In this document: positions 55,711-64,000 of the stretch, in pieces
How positions within the stretch are numbered: position 1 is the first letter of the stretch
Layout: every line of letters starts with the position of its first letter
NCBI GenBank assembly: GCA_964016885.1
Contig: OZ024756.1
Coordinates: 18,476,001-18,540,000 of the forward strand
Source of the DNA: Eledone cirrhosa
Taxonomy: Eukaryota
Direction of reading: 5' to 3'
DNA: 64,000 nt
Program-made: the position numbers and the translations under genes
Notes under the pieces: generated by a model
Seen by the model: only the letters and a program-made list of their open reading frames with translations
Database searches by the model: none
Told to the model about the DNA's origin: nothing

Positions 55711-57635
55711 GTATTGATAAGATACTCTGATCCTATCACCCCGGTACTAGGGATATTGATAAGATACTCTGATCCTATCACCCCGGCACTAGGGATATTG
55801 ATAAGATACTGCTGATCCTATCACCCCGGCACTAGGGGTATTGATAAGTTACTGCTGATCCTATCACCCAGGCACTAGGGATATTGATAAGATATTGCTA
55901 ATACTATCACCCCGGCACTAGGGATATTGATAAGTTACTGTTAATACTATCACCCCGGCACTAGAAGTATTGATAAGATACTGTTAATACTATCACCCCG
56001 GCACTAGGGATATTGATAAGTTACTGTTAATACTATCACCCCGGCACTAGGAGTATTGATAAGATACTGTTAATACTATCACCCCGGCACTAGGGGTATT
56101 GATAAGATACTGTTAATACTATCACCCCGACACTAGGAGTATTGATAAGATACTGTTAATACTATCACCCCGGCACTAGGAGTATTGATAAGATACTGTT
56201 AATACTATCACCCCGGCACTAGGAGTATTGATAAGATACTGTTAATACTATCACCCCGGCACTAGGGGTATTGATAAGATACTGTTAATACTATCACCCC
56301 GGCACTAGAAGTATTGATAAGATACTGTTAATACTATCACCCCGGCACTAGGGGTATTGATAAGATATTGCTAATACTATCACCCCGGCACTAGAAGTAT
56401 TGATAAGATATTGTTAATACTATCACCCCGGCACTAGAAGTATTGATAAGATACTGCTGATCCTATCACCCCGGCACTAGGGGTATTGATAAGATACTGT
56501 TAATACTATCACCCCGGCACTAGGGGTATTGATAAGATATTGCTAATACTATCACCCCGGCACTAGGAGTATTGATAAGATACTGTTAATACTATCACCC
56601 CGGCACTAGAAGTATTGATAAGATACTGTTAATACTATCACCCCGGCACTAGGAGTATTGATAAGATATTGCTAATACTATCACCCCGGCACTAGAAGTA
56701 TTGATAAGATATTGCTAATACTATCACCCCGGCACTAGGGGTATTGATAAGATACTGTTAATACTATCACCCCGGCACTAGAAGTATTGATAAGATACTG
56801 TTAATACTATCACCCCGGCACTAGGAGTATTGATAAGATATTGCTAATACTATCACCCCGGCACTAGAAGTATTGATAAGATACTGCTGATCCTATCACC
56901 CCGGCACTAGGGGTATTGATAAGATATTGTTAATACTATCACCCCGGCACTAGAAGTATTGATAAGATACTGCTGATCCTATCACCCCGGCACTAGGGGT
57001 ATTGATAAGATATTGTTAATACTATCACCCCGGCACTAGAAGTATTGATAAGATACTGCTGATCCTATCACCCCGGCACTAGGGGTATTATAAGATACTG
57101 TTAATACTATCACCCCGGCACTAGAAGTATTGATAAGATACTGTTAATACTATCACCCCGGCACTAGGGGTATTGATAAGATATTGCTAATACTATCACC
57201 CCGGCACTAGAAGTATTGATAAGATACTGCTAATACTATCACCCCGGCACTAGGGGTATTGATAAGATAGTGCTGATCCTATCACCCCGGCACTAGGAGT
57301 ATTGATAAGATATTGCTAATACTATCACCCCGGCACTAGGAGTATTGATAAGATACTGTTAATACTATCACCCCGGCACTAGGAGTATTGATAAGATATT
57401 GCTAATACTATCACCCCGGCACTAGGGGTATTGATAAGATACTGTTAATACTATCACCCCGGCACTAGGAGTATTGATAAGATATTGCTAATACTATCAC
57501 CCCGGCACTAGGAGTATTGATAAGATATTGCTAATACTATCACCCCGGCACTAGGGGTATTGATAAGATACTGCTGATCCTAACACCCCGGCACTAGGGG
57601 TATTGATAAGATACTGTTAATACTATCACCCCGGC
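55711..57635. repeat. 43-bp minisatellite, about 45 copies
   Basis: Unit GTATTGATAAGATACTGTTAATACTATCACCCCGGCACTAG(GA/GG/AA). Confidence 0.95.
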
Positions 57636-58180
57636 CCCGGGACATAATAATAATAAGAAGCAGACGACAACATAGAACATACTAGATTATCTTGTTTTAG
57701 ATATTACAGCAATTTGGTAATAAATAGTGGGCTTTTAGCAAGCCCCTTGTCAATTCGGGGCTGCAGGCACCCTAGTGTTGCCATGGTGGTTTCAGACACC
57801 ACAATGGTCTGTGCGGGCTTAGATGAGTCCTATTGCCGCTCTGGAGGTTTTTGGGAGGATATATTGTCGCTATATACATACACATATACACACACGCACA
57901 CACATACATACACGCTCACACACATACGCACATACACCCACACCCACACCCACACACACAATAAACCTAATAATGCTTTGTCTTATTGCATCTCTGTATG
58001 TGTCTCGTTTAATCTTGAATTACACACAAAAGCACACAAACACACTCACTCACACACTCACACACACTCACACACTCACACACACACTCACACTCACACA
58101 CACACTCACACACTCACACACTCACACACACTCACACACTCACACACTCACACACTCACACACTCACACACTCACACACA

Positions 58181-58219
<39 letters not shown>

Positions 58220-58519
58220 ACACACTCACACACACTCACACACTCACACACACTCATACACACTCACACTCACACACACACACACTCACACACTCACACA
58301 CACTCATACACACTCACACTCACACACACACACACTCACACACTCACACACACTCACACACTCACACACACTCATACACACTCACACTCACACACACACA
58401 CACATATCTACTAAATTAGGTTTAATCGATTCATATTAAAATATATAACGATTATGTTTCTCAATAAAAAAAGTTCCATGAACATAAGTTTATTGCCTCA
58501 ATAGAACAAGTTTAAACTT

Positions 58520-58587
<68 letters not shown>

Positions 58588-58646
58588 TAACAAAATATAT
58601 ATATATGAATAACAAAATATTATCACTTCACATGGCTGAATACAAT

Positions 58647-59111
58647 AAATGTAATCTGAGTTTTTCGAATATTAATAATAATATTCGATTCATTTGCAAT
58701 TATGCAAACAGCCTCTTTTAAGCCATGTCAGTAGAATGACCACCTCATTTTTGCTCTTGTGTTGGCATGTAAACAGAACTGCAGACATTAATGTTTCTGG
58801 GTGATTACCCTTCATCAGTGCAGTTCACTGTTCATCTGCCAACTGTCAGAGTTATTGAAAATATATGATATTTTCTAAAATATACAGGGACTGATCGGCT
58901 TGATTTGCATATTAGCAGACTGGCTGATCTGTCAGGCCTGCATATTAACAGAACAGGGAACTACACTGATGAAGGGTAATCACCCAGAAACATTAGTGTC
59001 TGCGGTTTACATGCCAACACAAGAGCAAGAATGAGGGGCTTATTCTATTGTATAATTGCAAACGAATTGAATATTATTAATATTCGAAAAACAAAACTCA
59101 GATTACATTTA
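58647..59111. mobile_element. Older, diverged fold-back HHR element after (TA)n
   Basis: Arms about 58647-58834 / 58950-59111, with mismatches and indels. Confidence 0.8.
58776..58826 (-). ncRNA. Minimal type I HHR (decayed plus-strand copy at 58958-59008)
   Basis: GAACTGCA-CTGATGA-aGGGT aatc ACCCa-GAA-ACATTAATGT-C-TGCAGTTC. Confidence 0.88.
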
Positions 59112-59343
59112 TATGTATATATAAATTTCCTCACTTTTCGTTGCTTCACCATCTTTGTTTGTTTACACTCTCGTGTCCCCTTTATTTACGTGTCCCAACG
59201 ACTTTTTTTAGCCGTTGCTCGCACCAACCGGAGGTATATGGTCTTTAAAGCGATGGAATACCAATGATGGTTGGAAGATCACTGATGAAGGACTAACTTT
59301 ATTCATATGTAACCCATTAGCAACCACGCAGCACGTTTATTCT

Positions 59344-59396
<53 letters not shown>

Positions 59397-59400
<4 letters not shown>

Positions 59401-59852
59401 GATATTAAACAAATGGAAACTATATTTATAAAACCATATTTATTTCATTATACATATTTCGGGGATACCATATTAAAAATATGGCATGCCTTCTTCAGAT
59501 AAAATACAATATATAAACAGTTTTATAAATAATTTTGACGTACCATAAATATTGAGCAACCGTTATGTAGGAAGCCGGTTTGGTAGTGCTTCCTACATAA
59601 CGGTTGCTCAATATTTATGGTACGTCAAAATTATTTATAAAACTGTTTATATATTGTATTTTATCTGAAGAAGGCATGCCATATTTTTAATATGGTATCC
59701 CCGAAATATGTATAATGAAATAAATATGGTTTTATAAATATAGTTTCCATTTGTTTAATATCGTATATCTACTCCAAAACTTGTCGAGTGCTTTATATCA
59801 GTTATAAAATATTTACTTGTTGTAACCCAACAATTTTAAATAAAACTTTTGC
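59397..59852. mobile_element. Fold-back HHR element, arms about 180 bp, TA-flanked
   Basis: Arms about 59397-59575 / 59588-59766; tail to about 59852. Confidence 0.9.
59657..59722 (+). ncRNA. Type I HHR (inverted copy at 59441-59506)
   Basis: TATTTTAT-CTGAAGA-aGGcATGCCATATT ttt AATATGGTATcCCc-GAA-ATATGTAT-A-ATGAAATA. Confidence 0.82.
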
Positions 59853-59869
59853 ATATATATATATATATG

Positions 59870-59951
<82 letters not shown>

Positions 59952-60044
59952 TATATATATTATATAACGTTTCTTCGTACATCTATGATCTGGTCACTGT
60001 TGCTTTAAATAACTACTTGTGCATGTTAACAGCACATACCTCAC

Positions 60045-60792
60045 TGTCCTTCTGTCTGTCTGTCTCTGTCTGTCTGTCTGTCTGTCTCTGTCTGTCTGTC
60101 TGTCTCTGTCTGTCTGTCTGTTTGTCTGTCCCTCTCTGTCTGTCTGTCTATCTATCTATCATTCTATCTGTCTGTCTGTCTCTCTCTGCTTGTCTGTCTG
60201 TCTGTCTCTGTCCTTCTGTCTGTCTGTCTGTCTCTGTCTGCCTGTCTGTCTGTCTCTCTCTGCTTGTCTGTCTGTCTGTCTCTGTCTGTCTGTCTCTCTC
60301 TGTCTGCCTGTCTGTCTGTCTCTGTCTGTCTCTCTCTGCTTGTCTGTCTGTCTCTGTCTGTCTGTCTGTCTCTGTCTGCCTGTCTGTCTGTCTTTGTCTG
60401 TCTCTGTCTGTCTGTCTCTGTCTGTCTGTCTCTGTCTGTCTGTCTGTCTGTCTGTCTCTGTCTGCCTGTCTGTCTGTCTTTGTCTGTCTCTGTCTGTCTG
60501 TCTCTGTCTGCCTGTCTGTCTGTCTTTGTCTGTCTCTGTCTGTCTGTCTGTCTGTCTGTCTCTGTCTGTCTGTCTCTGTCTGTCTGTCTGTCTGTCTGTC
60601 TCTGTCTGCCTGTCTGTCTGTCTTTGTCTGTCTGTCTGTCTGTCTCTGTCTGTCTGTCTGTCTGTCTGTCTCTGTCTGTCTGTCTCTGTCTGCCTGTCTG
60701 TCTGTCTTTGTCTGTCTCTGTCTATCTGTCTCTGTCTGCCTGTCTGTCTGTCTTTGTCTGTCTGTCTGTCTTTGTCTGTCTGTCTGTCTGTC

Positions 60793-60825
<33 letters not shown>

Positions 60826-61006
60826 GTCTGTCTGTCTCTGTCTGTCTGTCTGTCTGTCTGTCTCTGTCTGCCTGTCTGTCTGTCTTTGTCTGTCTCTGTC
60901 TGTCTGTCTCTGTCTGCCTGTCTGTCTGTCTTTGTCTGTCTCTGTCTGTCTGTCTCTCTCTGCTTGTCTGTCTGTCTGTCTGTCTCTGTCTGTCTGTCTG
61001 TCTGTA

Positions 61007-61043
<37 letters not shown>

Positions 61044-61162
61044 GTCTGACTGCCTGTCTGTCTGTCTCTGTCTGTCTCTGTCTGTCTCTGTCTGCCTGTC
61101 TGTCTGTCTTTGTCTGTCTCTGTCTGTCTGTCTCTCTCTGCTTGTCTGTCTGTCTGTCTGTC

Positions 61163-61195
<33 letters not shown>

Positions 61196-61700
61196 GTCTG
61201 CCTGTCTGTCTGTCTCTGTCTGTCTCTGTCTGTCTGTCTGTCTGTCTCTGTCTGCCTGTCTGTCTGTCTGTCTGTCTGTCTCTGTCTGCCTGTCTGTCTG
61301 TCTGTCTGTCTGTCTCTGTCTGCCTGTCTGTCTGTCTCTGTCTGTCTCTGTCTGTCTCTGTCTGCCTGCCTGTCTGTCTGTCTGTCTGTCTCTGTCTGCC
61401 TGTCTGTCTGTCTGTCTCTGTCTGCCTGTCTGTCTGTCTGTCTCTGTCTGCCTGTCTGTCTGTCTGTCTCTGTCTGCCTGTCTGTCTGTCTGTCTGTCTG
61501 TCTCTGTCTGTCTGTCTGTCTGTCTCTGTCTCTGTCTGTCTGTCTGTCTGTCTCTGTCTGTCTGTCTGTCTGTCTCTGTCTGTCTGTCTGTCTGTCTCTG
61601 TCTGTCTGTCTGTCTCTGTCTGTCTGTCTCTGTCTGTCTGTCTCTGTCTGTCTGTCTGTCTCTCTCTGCTTGTCTATCTATCTGTCTGTCTGTCTGCCTG
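60045..61700. repeat. (TCTG)n-derived microsatellite
   Basis: Direct reading. Confidence 0.97.
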
Positions 61701-61989
61701 TCGCCATCATTAAATTTTTCCCACTCAGTCCTATTCACACACTCATGCTTGCTCTCTGCCTCTATTCTCACCCCCTCTCTCCCTCTCTCTCCTACATCCG
61801 ACCACCCCACCCTCCTCGCCCCTCTCTCCCACCCCCATCCACTCCCACACAGATGACAAGTTGTCATATCTTGAGGGCCAATGGCGCCATTCTGTGAAAT
61901 ATTAATATATAACATTATATAGAAGAGGGGGCTTGGCTTGAAGTAGGATATAATGTCATGGTCAAGAGGGGGAGAGTATATATCTTAAA

Positions 61990-62198
61990 TGAGAGAGAGA
62001 GAGAGAGAAGTGAGAGAGAGGGGAGAACGAGAGAGGGGTGAGAGCAGGGAAAGAGATAGAGAGAAGTGAGAGAGGGGTGAGCGAGAGAGGGGTGAGAGCA
62101 GGGAAAGAGAGAGAGGAGATAGAGCGAGAGAAGGGTGAGAAAGAGAAGGTGAGAGAAGGGAGAGAGAGATGGAAAGAGAGAGAAAAGGGTGAGAGCAT

Positions 62199-62240
<42 letters not shown>

Positions 62241-62388
62241 ATAAAGAAAGAGAAGGGTGAGAGAAAGAGAGAGTGGGGAGATAGAGAAGGGTGAGAGAGG
62301 GCAGGGAATGGGAGAGATAGAGGGAGAGATAGAAAGAGGTAGAGGGAGTGGGAGAGAGATATGGGTGACAGAGGGCAAAGAGTGGAAG

Positions 62389-62442
<54 letters not shown>

Positions 62443-63927
62443 AAGATATATATATATATATAGAGAGAGAGAGAGGTGTATGTGTGTTTGGGTAAAATTA
62501 CATAACTCATTAAAAAAAGGATGGAACAGTTGTTATATGTAAGTCTGTCTGTAAGTACATGTGTGTGTATATATATGTATGTGTGTGTATATATGTGTAT
62601 GTGTGTATATATATGTATGTGTGTGTGTATATATGTATGTGTGTGTATGTATATGTGTGTATGTGTGTGTATATATGTATGTGTGTGTATATATGTGTGT
62701 GTATATATGTATGTGTGTGTATGTATATGTGTGTGTATGTGTGTGTATATATGTATATGTGTGTGTGTATATATGTATGTGTATCTATATGTGTGTGTAT
62801 ATATGTATGTGTGTGTCTATATTTATGTGTGTGTGTATATATATGTATGTGTGTGTATATGTATGTGTGTATATATATGTATGTGTGTGTATATGTGTAT
62901 GTGTGTATATATATGTATGTGTGTGTATATATATATGTGTGTATGTGTGTATATATATGTATGTGTGTGTATATATGTATATGTGTGTGTGTATATATGT
63001 ATGTGTGTATCTATGTGTGTATATATGTATATGTGTGTGTGTATATATGTATGTGTGTATCTATATGTGTGTGTATATATGTATGTGTGTGTATGTATAT
63101 GTGTGTGTATGTGTGTGTATATATGTATATGTGTGTGTGTATATATGTATGTGTATCTATATGTGTGTGTATATATGTATGTGTGTGTCTATATTTATGT
63201 GTGTGTGTATATATATGTATGTGTGTGTATATGTGTATGTGTGTATATATATGTATGTGTGTGTATATATATATGTGTGTATGTGTGTATATATATGTAT
63301 GTGTGTGTATATATGTATATGTGTGTGTGTATATATGTATGTGTGTATCTATGTGTGTATATATGTATATGTGTGTGTGTATATATGTATGTGTGTATCT
63401 ATATGTGTGTGTATATATGTATGTGTGTGTATGTATATGTGTGTGTATGTGTGTGTATATATGTATATGTGTGTGTGTATATATGTATGTGTATCTATAT
63501 GTGTGTGTATATATGTATGTGTGTGTCTATATTTATGTGTGTGTGTATATATATATATATGTATGTGTGTGTATATGTGTATGTGTGTATATATATGTAT
63601 GTGTGTGTATATATATATGTGTGTATGTGTGTATATATATGTATGTGTGTGTATATATGTATATGTGTGTGTGTATATATGTATGTGTGTGTATGTATAT
63701 GTGTGTGTGTATGTGTGTGTATATATGTATATGTGTTTGTGTTTATGTGTGTGTGTATATATGTATGTGTGTATCTATGTGTGTGTGTATATATGTATGT
63801 GTGTGTCTATATCTATGTGTGTGTGTGTGTATATGTATGTGTGTGTGTGTGTGATATATGTGTGTGTGTCTATATCTATGTGTGTGTGTGTGTGTGTGTG
63901 TATATGTATGTGTGTGTGTGTGATATA
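61990..63927. repeat. (GA)n-rich repeat, then (GT/TA)n compound repeat
   Basis: Direct reading. Confidence 0.95.
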
Positions 63928-64000
63928 TAAATGAGGTTAAAACAAGCTGTGAAAGATGAAAGAAAACAATAGACAAAACATCAAACATAAGGAGAGAGGG

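Overview
Eukaryotic, AT-rich, microsatellite-dense DNA. The SINE families and the (TA)n/(CA)n/(TCTG)n load resemble an octopus genome (inference). Almost all ORFs in the track are simple-repeat artefacts. Supported content: tRNA-derived SINEs, RTE-type LINE fragments, non-autonomous Helitrons, hAT and pogo/Tigger MITEs, a decayed hAT transposase (about 43.6-46.1 kb), several minisatellites, and a few low-confidence minus-strand exons. The standout signal is a dense set of short non-coding elements, mostly sitting in or beside (TA)n tracts and many built as long fold-back inverted repeats. They carry type I hammerhead ribozyme (HHR) motifs: about 14 loci with unrelated stem sequences and about 19 copies, folded by eye. 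Several have palindromic stem III, two have the U3-A8 core covariation, and one locus has two HHRs exactly 595 bp apart in a direct repeat. This fits Penelope-like element pseudo-LTR remnants or retrozymes. No Penelope RT/GIY-YIG ORF was seen in the window.
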